Below are positions 10,673 to 21,192 of a DNA stretch of 64,000 nt, piece by piece; within the stretch, counting starts at the first letter, position 1; each line of letters opens with the position of its first letter. This DNA is from an uncultured Candidatus Rokubacteria bacterium. Its GTDB lineage: Bacteria; Methylomirabilota; Methylomirabilia; Rokubacteriales; CSP1-6. The stretch covers positions 163,317-227,316 of the forward strand of contig CAVVEU010000004.1 in assembly GCA_963747235.1 (NCBI GenBank), given 5' to 3'. A program made the translations under genes and the position numbers. The notes below the pieces were generated by a model. It ran no database searches, was not told where the DNA came from, and saw only the letters and a program-made list of their open reading frames with translations.

Positions 10673-10726
10673 GGTGTCTCCTCCGGGGGGTGAATATACA
10701 CCGCCAACGGCGGTATAGTACGCGCC

Positions 10727-11926
10727 ATGACCAAGCCCGCCCTCTCGCTCGACGGCATCCGTGTGATCGATCTCTCCCGCGTCATCGCGGGGCCCTGGTG
10801 CGGCGCGCTGCTCGCCGACCTCGGCGCCGACGTCATCAAGGTGGAGGACACCGGCCCCGGCGACGAGTCGCGCACCTGGCCGCCCCACAAGGACGGCGAG
10901 GCCGCCGCGTACCTGCTCTTCAACCGGAACAAGCGCGGCATCGCGCTGGATCTCAAGCAGCCGGAGGCGGTGGAGGTGGTCAAGCGGCTCGTGAAGGACG
11001 CGGACGTGGTCATCGAGAACTTCCGCACCGGGACCATGGAGTCGTTCGGCCTCGGCTACGACGTGCTGGCCGAGATCAATCCACGGCTGATCTACTGCTC
11101 GGTCTCCGCGTTCGGGCGCACCGGGCCGCGCAAGGACAGCCCCGGCTACGAGGCGCTGATGCAGGCCTTCAGCGGCATCATGTCCATCACCGGCGAGCCG
11201 GGCGGCCAGCCGGTGCGGGCGGGCGTGTCCTTCCTCGACCTGACCACCGGCATCCTGTGCGCGCTCGGCGTGTCCAACGCGATCATCCAGCGCGAGAAGA
11301 CGGGCCTCGGCCAGCGGGTGGACGGCTCGCTCCTCGAGACCGCGGTGAGCCTGCTCGCCTTCCACGCCGAGGGGTATCTGCTGACCGGCGCGCTGCCGCG
11401 CGCGCTCGGCTCGGGGCACCCGTCGCTCTCGCCCTATCGCAACTTCAAGTGCGGCGACGGGCAGTGGATCTTCATCGCCGCCGCCAACGATCGCTTCTGG
11501 CAGAAGCTCGCCAAGGCGCTGGGTCTCACCGACCTGGCCGCCGATCCGCGCTTCGAGAAGAACCAGGGGCGGGTGGCCAATCGCGCGGAGCTCGAGGGCA
11601 TCCTCGAGAAGACCATCGGCGGGCTCGAGCGGGAGCCCCTGCTCAAGCGCCTCGAGGAAGCCGACGTGCCCGCCACCCCGGTGAACACGGTGGACCAGGT
11701 GATGAACGACCCGCAGACCGCCGAGCGCGGCATCGTGCAGCGCGTGATGCATCCCAAGCTCGGCGAGATCCCGGTCGTCGGGACGCCGCTCCACTTCTCG
11801 CGCATGTCCCCCGGCGTCCGCACCGCCGCCCCGCTCCGCGGCGAGCACACCGACACCGTCCTCGCCTCCCTCGGCTACTCCGCCGACGAGATCAAGACCC
11901 TCCGCGCCAAGAAAGCCGCGCTGTAA
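10727..11926 (+). CDS. CoA-transferase family III (CaiB/BaiF)
   Basis: DLSRVIAGP, LGADVIKVE, NRNKR, ENFRTG and APLRGEHT. Confidence 0.93.
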   Translation: MTKPALSLDGIRVIDLSRVIAGPWCGALLADLGADVIKVEDTGPGDESRTWPPHKDGEAAAYLLFNRNKRGIALDLKQPEAVEVVKRLVKDADVVIENFRTGTMESFGLGYDVLAEINPRLIYCSVSAFGRTGPRKDSPGYEALMQAFSGIMSITGEPGGQPVRAGVSFLDLTTGILCALGVSNAIIQREKTGLGQRVDGSLLETAVSLLAFHAEGYLLTGALPRALGSGHPSLSPYRNFKCGDGQWIFIAAANDRFWQKLAKALGLTDLAADPRFEKNQGRVANRAELEGILEKTIGGLEREPLLKRLEEADVPATPVNTVDQVMNDPQTAERGIVQRVMHPKLGEIPVVGTPLHFSRMSPGVRTAAPLRGEHTDTVLASLGYSADEIKTLRAKKAAL

Positions 11927-12004
11927 GGGGTCAGGTCTTGAATTACGACATTTTCACGCGGCCGCGAGCGCGCGCGCGGAAATGTCGAATTAAGACCTGA
12001 CCCC
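11927..12004. repeat. REPIN-like inverted-repeat element, copy 1
   Basis: GGGGTCAGGTCTTGAATTACGACATTT...AAATGTCGAATTAAGACCTGACCCC fills the gap between two convergent stop codons. Confidence 0.85.
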
Positions 12005-12005
12005 A

Positions 12006-12794
12006 CTAGCCGAACTTGCGGGATTCTTCGTTGCGGTAGGCGCGGATCGCGATGAGCAGGAATAGCGCGGTGTAGCCGGCGAGCCAGGCGAGGGACACCG
12101 GGAGGCGCTCGGTGTTGGCGCCGAGCGCGCTCCAGCCGAGCTGGCCGTAGTGGTAGGCGGGCAGGTACGGCGCGATGGTGCGCACGAAGCCGGGGAGCTG
12201 GGAGAGCGGCATGAAGAGCCCCGAGGCGAACGTGAGCGGCAGGTAGACCAGGTTCGCCACCGCGGGGGCCACGTTGGGGCCGCAGAGATAGCCGATGGCG
12301 AAGCCCAGCGCGATGAACGGCACCGAGCCCGCGAGCAGGCGCGCGATCATGTCGAGCCACACCGTGAGGTCCTGGCGGATCCCGCCCACCACGATGGCGT
12401 AGGCGATCAGGACCACGAGCGAGAGCAGCGCGTAGAAGAGCGCGTTCAGCACCTTGGCCAGGATCGCGATGAGGGGCGGCAGCGGAGTCGCGCGCATCAG
12501 CACGTCCACCTTCAGCCCGCGCTCGGTGGCCACCCCGATGCCGAAGCCGAACACCATCACGCTGCCCACGCTGTAGGCCGCGAACGAGGCGACCAGATAG
12601 GCGCCGAGGCTCGTGCCGTTGGGCAGGGTCTGCTTGGCGTAGGGCAGCCCGAAGAAGGTGAAGAAGAGCACGGGCAGCGCGATGATCGTCACGCTGAAGG
12701 CGGGGATGCGCCAGCGGATGCGCAGCTCGCTCCACGTCTGCGTCAGCAGCATGCGCCCGAGCGGCGCAATCTGTGGCTTCGCGACGGCGCTCAC
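12006..12794 (-). CDS. ABC-2 type exporter permease
   Basis: About six TM segments, FGIGVATERG...LMRATPL and FASGLFMP. Confidence 0.88.
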   Translation of the reverse strand: MSAVAKPQIAPLGRMLLTQTWSELRIRWRIPAFSVTIIALPVLFFTFFGLPYAKQTLPNGTSLGAYLVASFAAYSVGSVMVFGFGIGVATERGLKVDVLMRATPLPPLIAILAKVLNALFYALLSLVVLIAYAIVVGGIRQDLTVWLDMIARLLAGSVPFIALGFAIGYLCGPNVAPAVANLVYLPLTFASGLFMPLSQLPGFVRTIAPYLPAYHYGQLGWSALGANTERLPVSLAWLAGYTALFLLIAIRAYRNEESRKFG

Positions 12795-13695
12795 GACCCG
12801 CCCTCGGCCCGGCGGGTCAGCGTGAGGAACGCCTCCTCGAGATCCGCCCCGGTCACCTCGAGGTCCACCACGTCCACCCCGCGGCGGAACAGCTCGCGCA
12901 GCACGGCCGCCGGCTCATTGCTGAGCAGGCTCGCGCGCTCGCCGCTCACGCTCAGCACGCGCGCGGGCAGGCCGTCCAGATCCGCGGGCGCGAACGGCCG
13001 GCCCGCGACCAGGGTGATCTTCTTGCCCGGCACCCGCGCCTTCAGCTCCTGCGGGCTCGCGTCCGCGATGACCGCGCCGCGGTCGATCACGATGATGCGC
13101 CGGGCCAGCTCCTCGGCCTCGCGCAGGTAGTGGGTGGTGAACACGATGGTCTTGCCCGCGCCGGAGAGCGTCTGGATGCTGGCCGTGAAGGCGCGCCGGG
13201 CCTCCACGTCCATGCCCACGGTGGGCTCGTCCAGGAACAGGACGTCGGGATCGCCGCAGATCGCGAGCGCGAAGTAGAGGCGCTGGCGCTGGCCACCCGA
13301 GAGTGTCCCGACCCGCACCCCGGCCTGCTCGTCGAGCCCGGCCATCGCGATGGCGCGCTCGGCGGGCAGCGGCGCCGGATAGTACGCGCGGAAGACGTCC
13401 ACGATCTCGCGGACGGTCAGCACGCTGGTGGTGCCGGACTCCTGCAGCATCACCCCGCAGCGGCTGCGCGCGCGCCGGTCGGCGGGGGGCAGGCCGAAGA
13501 GGCGCGCCTGGCCCGCGGTGGGCTGGCGCAGCCCCAGCATCAGGCTGATGGACGTGGTCTTGCCCGCGCCGTTCGGCCCGAGCATCGCGACGACCTCGCC
13601 GCCGCGGATGGTGAGATCGATCCCGCGGAGCGCCTCGACGTCCCCGTAGCGCTTGCGCGCCCCGATCAGCGCGACGGGAGCCGGGGCGGCGTCAC
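12791..13695 (-). CDS. ABC exporter ATP-binding protein (probable 1-nt error near the start)
   Basis: Walker A GPNGAGKTT, LSGGQRQR and LDEPT. The frame extends upstream of 13585 (ALIGARKRYGDVEALRGIDL). The GTG overlapping the upstream TGA is out of frame by one base. Confidence 0.88.
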
Positions 13696-14720
13696 CCCTT
13701 GAGTCCGTAGAGCCTCCGCGTGTTGTCCGAGAGGATCTTCCGCTTCTGGATCTCGGTGATGTCGCCCCGCTCGCGGATCTCGTCGAGGGAGGCGGGGTAG
13801 CTGTGGTCCCAGTGCGGGAAGTCGGAGGCGTAGACGATCTGGTTCTCGCCGATCAGCTTCAGCGCCTGCGGGAGCAGCCACTCGTCGGCCTCGCAGGAGA
13901 AGAAGATGGACCCGCTCCGGATGTAGTCGCTCGGCTTGCGGGTGAGCGCGGGCGCCTCCGAGGCGCGCTTGGCGTACTCGTCGTCCATCCGCTCCGCCCA
14001 GTAGGGCGCCCAGCCGCATCCGGCTTCGAGATAGGCGATGCGCAGGCGGGGGAAGCGCTCCGGGATGCCCTCGAACACCATCGAGGTGATCTGCCGCATC
14101 TGCCCGAACGCGTGCGAGCAGGTGTGGGCCTGGATGAACTGCGGGAAGAGGTCCACCCCGGCGCCACCCAGGTGCGAGCCCGAGGCGTGGATGCCCAGCA
14201 TCACGTCGAGCCGATCCGCTTCCTCGTAGATCGGCAGGAAGCGCGAATCCCCCAGCAGGTGGCTGCCGTCGGCCGCGAGCATGGCGCCCACCAGGCCGAG
14301 CTCGGTCACCGCGCGGCGCAGCTCGCGCGCGGCCGCGTCGGGATCCTGCACCGGCAGCAGCGCCACCGCGTGCAGGCGCGGGCTCTTCTTGACGAACTCC
14401 TCGTGCAGGAAGGTGTTGTAGGCGCGGCAGAGCGCCACCGCCCACTCGCGGTCCTTGAGGAAGGAGAGGAAGAGGCCGAGCGTGGGATAGAGCACCGCCT
14501 GCTCCATGCCGCCCCGATCGAGCGCGCGCAGCCAGGCGTCCGCGGTGCCCGCCGCGTCGCCCAGCGTGCCGAGGAGCCGCCGGTCCCAGCCGTCCCACGG
14601 ATAGAACGAGAAGTTGAGCGGCCGCCGGTTGTAGGGCGCGTCGAGATACTTCGCGACCTGCTCGATGGACTCGGTGATGTGGCCGTCGGCGTCGAGGATG
14701 GGATACGCGGCCTGGCTCAT
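13692..14720 (-). CDS. amidohydrolase family protein (Amidohydro_2; decarboxylase/hydratase-like)
   Basis: DADGH, LYPTLG, LEAGCGW and YASDFPHWD. Confidence 0.9.
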   Translation of the reverse strand: MSQAAYPILDADGHITESIEQVAKYLDAPYNRRPLNFSFYPWDGWDRRLLGTLGDAAGTADAWLRALDRGGMEQAVLYPTLGLFLSFLKDREWAVALCRAYNTFLHEEFVKKSPRLHAVALLPVQDPDAAARELRRAVTELGLVGAMLAADGSHLLGDSRFLPIYEEADRLDVMLGIHASGSHLGGAGVDLFPQFIQAHTCSHAFGQMRQITSMVFEGIPERFPRLRIAYLEAGCGWAPYWAERMDDEYAKRASEAPALTRKPSDYIRSGSIFFSCEADEWLLPQALKLIGENQIVYASDFPHWDHSYPASLDEIRERGDITEIQKRKILSDNTRRLYGLKG

Positions 14721-15721
14721 GAGGTCCTCCAGCGCGGAATCGCCTGCGGGTTCACGCAGTGGGCGGGCGCCTCGCCGCGGCCCGCGGCCAGGATCTGGTC
14801 GAGGGCGAGCTCGAGATTCGCGCGGCGGCCCGCTTCGCTATGGCTCACGTTGTGGGGCGTGAGGATCAGCCGCTCGGGGTCCACGTCGCGCAGCGGGCTC
14901 GTGGCGGGCAGCGGCTCGCGCGTGAAGGCGTCCAGCGCGGCGCCCGCGATCCAGCCCTCGGTCAGCGCGCGGGCGATCGCCTCCTCGTCCGCGATCTCGC
15001 CGCGGGCGGTGTTGATCAGGATCGCGGTGGGCTTCATGGCCCGCAGCGCCTTCTCGCCGATCAGGGTGCGGGTCTCGTCGGTCAGCGAGGCGTGGAGCGA
15101 CACCACGTCGCTCTCGGCCAGCAGCGTGGGCAGGTCCACCAGGGTGGCGCCCAGCGACCGCGCGCGCTCCGCGGAGACGTAGGGATCGCAGGCCAGCAGG
15201 CGCACGTCCCAGTTCACGAGCCGCCGCGCCACGTGCGAGCCCACCCGGCCGAGGCCGATCAGCCCCACCGTCTTGCCGAACAGGAACTCGCCGCGGTCGC
15301 CCCGCTGCGCCCACTCGCCGCGGCGCAGCTTGGCCTCGTTGTGCTTGATGCGCTTCTGCAGCATCAGGGTCAGCGCCACCGTGGCCTCCGCCACCGCGAT
15401 GAAGTTCTCCGGCGTCGGGCTGTTGGCCACCAGGATGCCGAGCCGCGAGGCCGCCTCGATGTCGATCTTGTCGGTGCCGATGAAGGGCACGATGACCAGG
15501 CGGAGGCTCGGGGCCGCCTCCATGACCCCGCGGGTGATCGCGTCGAGATGCGAGGCGAGGATGACGTGGGCGTCGCGCGCGGCCGCGCCGAGATCGCTTT
15601 CCGTGTACGCCGCGCGCCCGGGCTGATCGAGCGGCCGGCCGATCACGACGTCGTGTCCCGCCGCGCGGAGCGGGTCGAGCTCGGTCGCCGGTCCGCTGGG
15701 GCCCGAGGCGAGGATCTTCAC
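14717..15721 (-). CDS. D-2-hydroxyacid dehydrogenase family (SerA-like)
   Basis: GLIGLGRVG, DVVSLH, INTARG, GAALD and LTPH. GTGA overlap with the upstream gene. Confidence 0.9.
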   Translation of the reverse strand: MKILASGPSGPATELDPLRAAGHDVVIGRPLDQPGRAAYTESDLGAAARDAHVILASHLDAITRGVMEAAPSLRLVIVPFIGTDKIDIEAASRLGILVANSPTPENFIAVAEATVALTLMLQKRIKHNEAKLRRGEWAQRGDRGEFLFGKTVGLIGLGRVGSHVARRLVNWDVRLLACDPYVSAERARSLGATLVDLPTLLAESDVVSLHASLTDETRTLIGEKALRAMKPTAILINTARGEIADEEAIARALTEGWIAGAALDAFTREPLPATSPLRDVDPERLILTPHNVSHSEAGRRANLELALDQILAAGRGEAPAHCVNPQAIPRWRTS

Positions 15722-17429
15722 GGCTTCTTGCAGATCACGTTGAGGACGACCTGGCGCTTCTCTTCCTTCACGATGCGCAGCCCGCGCCGGAGCGCGTCGG
15801 CCAGCGCGGCGGGATCCTCGACCTTCTCGCCGTGGCCGCCGGAGGCCCGGCAGATCATCTCGTAGTCGGGCGAGGGCTCGAGCGCGGTGAGCGGCATCGA
15901 GTCGGTGCGCACCGCCCAGCCGTCGCGCGCGTAGGTCTGCACCGCGCGCTTCACCGCGTTCCACGTGCGGTTGTTGAAGACCACGAACAGGACGGGCAGG
16001 TTGTAGGCGCGCGAGACGAAGTGCGACGCGGTGGGCGAGCCGAAGATGTAGGCCCCGTCGCCCACGCAGCAGATCACGCTGTGATCGGGCGCGGCCAGCT
16101 TGGCCCCGAGCGCCGCGCCCAGGCCCCACCCGAGCCCACCGGACGGCGGCGCCGCGAAGTAGCTGCCGGGCCGGGTGAACGTGCACTGGGTGGCGTCGAG
16201 ATCGTACTCGTTGACCACGATCGTGCGGTCGTCCACCAGCTCGCCGATCGCGCGGGAGAGCGCGAGCATGTCGATGGGCGCGTCGGCCTGGACCGCGCGG
16301 CTCTTCGCGGCCGCGGCCTCGCGCCGCTTGACGCCCGCGTCCGCCCAGCGCTGCCGACGCTCCGCCACCGCCGCCTTGTCCACGCGCCGCGCCACCGCGT
16401 CCGTCAGCGCGGCCAGCGCCAGCCGCGGGGTGCCCGCCAGCGCCAGGTCCGCGGGGAAGCCCCGCACCGGGTAGCGCGAGAAGAGCGGGTCCACGCCCAG
16501 GTGGACGATGCGCGCGCTCGGGCTCCGGCCGGGCCATCCCCGGGAACCACGGCACGTCCGACTCCACGACCAGGATCGCATCCGCCTCGCCGAGCGTCCG
16601 GCCGGTCTCGAAGCCGCCGTGCAGCGCGTGATCCTGGGGGAAGTTCACGTAGGTGTGGAACTGATCGAAGACGGGGGCCCCGAGCGTCTCGGCGAGCCGC
16701 ACCAGCACCGGCACCGCGGCCGGATCGCGGCCGAGCGCCTTGGTGATGATGATCGGGTTGCGCGCCGCGGCCAGGATCGCCGCCGCCTCGTCCACCGCGG
16801 CCGGATCCGGCAGCGTCCCGGCCGGCACCACCGCGCGCGCGGGATCGGCGTACTCGATGGCGTCGTGGCGCTCGGCCAGCACCTCGCGCGGCAGCGTGAG
16901 GTAGACCGGCCCGCGCGGCTCCGATCTGGGCCAGGGTCAGCGCGCGGTCCACCACCGTCTCGAGCTGGTCGAAGCGCTTGAGCTCGTAGTCCCACTTCAC
17001 GAACTCGCGCAGCATGCCCGCCTGGTCGAACGACTCCTGCGCCCAGTGGATCGGCCGGTCGCGGCTGCCCGCGTCGCCGGACTCGGTGATCGGATTGCGC
17101 CCGGCCGAGAAGAGCATGGGGATGTTCGAGCGCGCCGCGTTGATCACGCCGCCCGCCGCGTTGCCCGCGCCCACGATGACGTGGACCATGACCACCTGGG
17201 GTCGGCCCGTGATCATCGTGAACCCATGCGCCATGGCGACCGCCGGTATCTCGTGCGGCACCGTGATGGGGCGCGGGCTCGCCTGGCCCTGCGCGCCGCG
17301 GCGGGCGTAGGCCTCGATGATCGGCGCGAAATCGGTGCCCGCGTTGGCGAAGAAGTACTCGACCCCGCGGGCGGCCAGGAGCTCGAGATAGGCGTCGGCG
17401 GTGGACTCGACGGTCGCTCGTTTCATCAT
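15718..17429 (-). CDS. thiamine-diphosphate-requiring enzyme (acetolactate-synthase-like), split by 2 apparent frameshifts (~16925, ~16525)
   Basis: FANAGTDF, PHEIPAVAMAHG and the ThDP motif GDG...NN, distributed over three frames. Confidence 0.88.
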
Positions 17430-17498
17430 GGTGCAGGGAGGGTAGCGCCGGGCCGAGGGGTGGTCAAGGACCATGCAGTTGCCGTAGAGTAGGCCCCC

Positions 17499-19214
17499 AT
17501 GACGACCCAAGGGACGACCCAGGCGGCGGCGCACGACCTCGTGATTCGCGGTGGACTCGTCGTCGACGGCACCGGCGCCCCCGGCCGCCGCGCCGACGTG
17601 GCGGTGCGCGACGGCAAGCTGAGCGAGATCGGCACGGTGACGGGCCGCGGCGCGCGCGAGATATCAGCCGCGGGCCTGGTCGTCGCGCCCGGCTTCATCG
17701 ATCCGCACACGCACTACGACGCCCAGATCACGTGGGACAGCCTCGCCTCCTGCTCGTCCTGGCACGGGGTGACCACGGTGGTGATGGGCAACTGCGGCTT
17801 CACGCTCGCCCCGTGCCGCGCCGAGGATCGCCTGACCCTGATGCGCATGCTCACCTACGTGGAGGGCATGCCGCTCGAGGCGCTCACCGCGGGCATCCGC
17901 TGGGAGTGGGAGACCTTCGCGCAGTACCAGGACGCGGTCGAGCGGATCGGCCCGTGGATGAACGTGGGCTACTTCATCGGCCACTCGGCCATCCGCCAGT
18001 ACGTGATGGGCGACGCGGCGTGGGAGCGCGAGGCCACCGCGGAGGAGATCGCGGGCATGGGCCGCCTCGTGACCGAGGCGATGGCGCTCGGCGCGGTGGG
18101 GCTCTCGTCCACCACCAACAAGAACCACGTGGGCGATCGCGGGCGCCCGGTGCCGAGCCGGCTCGCGCACGAGGACGAGCTGACGAGCCTGGTGCGGACC
18201 ATGGGCGCGTCGGGCCGCGGCATCCTCGAGCTGACCATCGGCGGCACGCGGCCGGATCGCATGGCCGAGATCGACCGCTTCGCGGAGCTGGCGCGCGCGG
18301 CCGACCGGCCGGTGACGCTGGTCTCGCTCCGCCACAACCCGTCGCACCCCGAGGAGCACCGGGCGATCCTGGCGCGCATCGAGGCGCTCGCGCGCGACGG
18401 GGTGGAGATCTATCCCCAGGTGACGACATCGCCGCTGACCGCCACGTTCGATCTGGCGAGCGCCTTCGTGTTCTTCCGCTTCCCGGTCTGGAAGCGCGTG
18501 CTCGACGCGCCCGTCTCGAGCTGGCGCGCGCTCTTCCGCGACGCGGGCTTCCGCGAGGAGTTCCGCGCCTCGGTCGGCCGCACCCCGCTCTTCCAGGGCG
18601 ACACCGCGCCGCTCCGCGTGCACGCGGTGGGCGCGGACGCGTTCAAGCCCTTCGTCGGCCTCGCGGTGGCCCAGGTCGCGGCCCGGCGCGGCCAGGACGT
18701 GATCGACGCCTTCTTCGACCTCGCGCTCGAGGACGATCTGCAGACCCAGTTCACGGTGGCGGTGATGAACACCGACGCGGCCTCGGTGGCCGAGATCTTC
18801 ACCCACCCGCGCTCGCTCATCGGCCTCTCCGACGCGGGCGCGCATCTGACGCTCTTCTGCGAGGCGGGCCAGACGAGCCGGCTGCTGGGCCACTGGGTGC
18901 GGGAGCGCCGCGCGCTCTCGCTGGAGGACGGCGTCCGCCGCATCACCTCGATGCCCGCCGATCTCTTCGGCCTCCGCGACCGCGGGCGCCTGCAGCCCGG
19001 GCTCGCCGCCGACATCACGGTCTTCGATCCGGACACCATCGCCGATCACGAGCCCGAGCTGGTGCACGATCTCCCGGGCGGCGGGCCGCGGCTCGTGCAG
19101 CGGGCCAGCGGCATCCGGTGGTCGTTCGTCAACGGCCAGGCCGTCATCGAGGACGGGCGGGTGCCCGAGCCCGCGGGCGCGCGCGGGCCCGGCCGCCTGC
19201 TGCGCGCGTCATGA
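17499..19214 (+). CDS. N-acyl-D-amino-acid deacylase family amidohydrolase
   Basis: PGFIDPHTHYDAQ, GVTTVVMGNCG, SDAGAH and GLRDRG. Confidence 0.9.
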   Translation: MTTQGTTQAAAHDLVIRGGLVVDGTGAPGRRADVAVRDGKLSEIGTVTGRGAREISAAGLVVAPGFIDPHTHYDAQITWDSLASCSSWHGVTTVVMGNCGFTLAPCRAEDRLTLMRMLTYVEGMPLEALTAGIRWEWETFAQYQDAVERIGPWMNVGYFIGHSAIRQYVMGDAAWEREATAEEIAGMGRLVTEAMALGAVGLSSTTNKNHVGDRGRPVPSRLAHEDELTSLVRTMGASGRGILELTIGGTRPDRMAEIDRFAELARAADRPVTLVSLRHNPSHPEEHRAILARIEALARDGVEIYPQVTTSPLTATFDLASAFVFFRFPVWKRVLDAPVSSWRALFRDAGFREEFRASVGRTPLFQGDTAPLRVHAVGADAFKPFVGLAVAQVAARRGQDVIDAFFDLALEDDLQTQFTVAVMNTDAASVAEIFTHPRSLIGLSDAGAHLTLFCEAGQTSRLLGHWVRERRALSLEDGVRRITSMPADLFGLRDRGRLQPGLAADITVFDPDTIADHEPELVHDLPGGGPRLVQRASGIRWSFVNGQAVIEDGRVPEPAGARGPGRLLRAS

Positions 19215-20440
19215 AGTTCGGCATCTTCTACGAGCATCAGCTCCCGCGGCCCTGGGGGCCGGACAGCGAGTACCGGCTGTTGCAAGACTCGCTCACCCAG
19301 ATCGAGCTCGCCGACCGGCTGGGCTACGACTACGCCTGGGAGGTCGAGCACCACTTCCTCGAGGAGTACTCGCACTCCTCGGCGCCCGAGGTGTTCCTGG
19401 GCGCGGCCACCCAGCGCACGAGTCGCATCCGCCTGGGCCACGGGATCATCCAGCTCCCGACCAATCACCCGATCCGGGTGGCCGAGCGCGTCGCCACGCT
19501 CGATCTGCTGAGCGGCGGGCGCGTGGAGCTGGGCCTGGGCGAGGGGCAGGGGCCCATCGAGCTCCATCCATTTGGCCGCCGCGTGCGGGACAAGCGAGAG
19601 GTCTGGGAAGAAGCGGTGCGGGTGCTGATCCCGTGCTTCACCCAGGACGCGGTCGAGTTCCATGGCCAGTACTTCGATTTCCCGGCCCGCAACGTCATCC
19701 CGAAGCCGCGGCAGAAGCCGCACCCGCCGCTCTGGGTCGCCTGCTCGAACATCGCGACGATCGCGAGCGCGGGCCAGTGGGGCATGGGCGCGCTCGGCTT
19801 CCAGTTCGTCTCGCCGGAGGCGGCGCGCGCCTGGGTGAACCGCTACTACACGAGCCTCACGCGCGAGCCCAATCGCCTGGCCGACTACCCGGCCAACCCG
19901 AATATCGCGATGGTGAGCGCCTTCATGTGCGCGCCGACGGACGAGGAGGCGCGCGAGAAGGCGGCGGGCTGGACGTTCTTCGTGTTCTGCCTCTCGCACT
20001 ACGGCCGGCACGGCATGGCCGAGCCCGGCCGGGGCGACATGTGGAAGCTCTACGAGGAGTGGCGGCACACGCCCAAGGCGCAGGAGACGCTCCACGCCGG
20101 GCTGATCGGCTCGCCGGAGACGATTCGCCGCAAGCTCGCCCAGTTCGAGGCGTCCAACGTGGACCAGGTCATCCTGCTCAACCAGACCGGGCGCACCAGC
20201 CACGAGGACATCTGCTCGAGCCTGGAGCTCTTCGCGCGCGAGGTGATGCCCGAGTTCCACGCGCGCGAGCCGGAGCACCAGCGCTGGAAGGCCGACGTCC
20301 TGGCCGGGAAGCTCGCGCTCGAGGATCTCGACACCGACGGCTTCAAGGTCTACGCGCACCAGAACGAGGACATCGTCCGGCTCACGCCCGAGCAGCTCAA
20401 GCGGAAGATGGCGGCCAAGGAAGCGGGGAGACCCTCATGA
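19211..20440 (+). CDS. LLM class flavin-dependent oxidoreductase
   Basis: MKFGIFYEHQLPRPW, VEHHFLEEYSHSSAPE and TLDLLSGGRVELG. ATGA overlap. Confidence 0.92.
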   Translation: MKFGIFYEHQLPRPWGPDSEYRLLQDSLTQIELADRLGYDYAWEVEHHFLEEYSHSSAPEVFLGAATQRTSRIRLGHGIIQLPTNHPIRVAERVATLDLLSGGRVELGLGEGQGPIELHPFGRRVRDKREVWEEAVRVLIPCFTQDAVEFHGQYFDFPARNVIPKPRQKPHPPLWVACSNIATIASAGQWGMGALGFQFVSPEAARAWVNRYYTSLTREPNRLADYPANPNIAMVSAFMCAPTDEEAREKAAGWTFFVFCLSHYGRHGMAEPGRGDMWKLYEEWRHTPKAQETLHAGLIGSPETIRRKLAQFEASNVDQVILLNQTGRTSHEDICSSLELFAREVMPEFHAREPEHQRWKADVLAGKLALEDLDTDGFKVYAHQNEDIVRLTPEQLKRKMAAKEAGRPS

Positions 20441-21192
20441 GCCTGCGCATGCGACAGATCTGCCTGGTGGCCGGCCACCTGGCGCCGGTGGTGGAGGAAT
20501 TTCGCGCGGTGCTCGGCCTCGAGGTCTGCCACCGCGATCCGGGGGTGGGCAAGTACGGGCTCGAGAACGCGCTGTTCCCGATCGGCCACAACTTCCTCGA
20601 GGTCGTGGCCCCGGTGCGCGAGGGCACGACGGCCGGACGTTATCTCGAGCGGCGCGGCGGGGACGGCGGCTACATGGTGATCACCCAGTGCGACGATCTG
20701 GCCCCGCGGCGCAAGCGCTGCGAGGCGGTCGGCGTACGCATCGCGAACGAGATCGGCTATCCCGAGTATCGCGAGCTGCAGCTCCACCCGCGCGACGTGG
20801 GCGCGGCCATGCTGTCGTTCGGGTGGCAGCCCGGCGCGCGGGATCCGGGCGGCCCGTGGCACCCGGCTGGGCGAGGCGCAGCCGAAGGCGAGCCGAGCGA
20901 ATACGAGAAAAGCTCTGCCGCCAACCAGTCGAGCTTGATCACGGCCATGACGGCGGCCGAGCTCCAGAGCGACGACCCCGACCGGCTGGCCCGCCGCTGG
21001 AGCGAGGTCATGGAGCGCCCGGTCCAGATGCGCGATGGGCAGCGCGTCATCGCCCTCGACGACGCGACGCTCCGCTTCACCGAGGCCACCGACGGCCGCG
21101 GTGAGGGGCTGGGCGGCCTCGACCTGGCCTGCGCCGATCGGACGCGTGCCGGCCTCGTCCAGATCTGCGGCATCCGCTTCCGCCTGACCTAG
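20437..21192 (+). CDS. VOC/glyoxalase-like domain protein
   Basis: LRMRQICLVA, GLENALFPIG, GRYLERRGGDGGYMVI and QLHPRD. ATGA overlap. Confidence 0.78.
   Translation: MSLRMRQICLVAGHLAPVVEEFRAVLGLEVCHRDPGVGKYGLENALFPIGHNFLEVVAPVREGTTAGRYLERRGGDGGYMVITQCDDLAPRRKRCEAVGVRIANEIGYPEYRELQLHPRDVGAAMLSFGWQPGARDPGGPWHPAGRGAAEGEPSEYEKSSAANQSSLITAMTAAELQSDDPDRLARRWSEVMERPVQMRDGQRVIALDDATLRFTEATDGRGEGLGGLDLACADRTRAGLVQICGIRFRLT

Noticed and set aside
16500-16930. Programmed ribosomal frameshifting in split genes
   Set aside because: No shared slippery sequence is evident, and indels are scattered over many unrelated genes, which fits sequencing error better.
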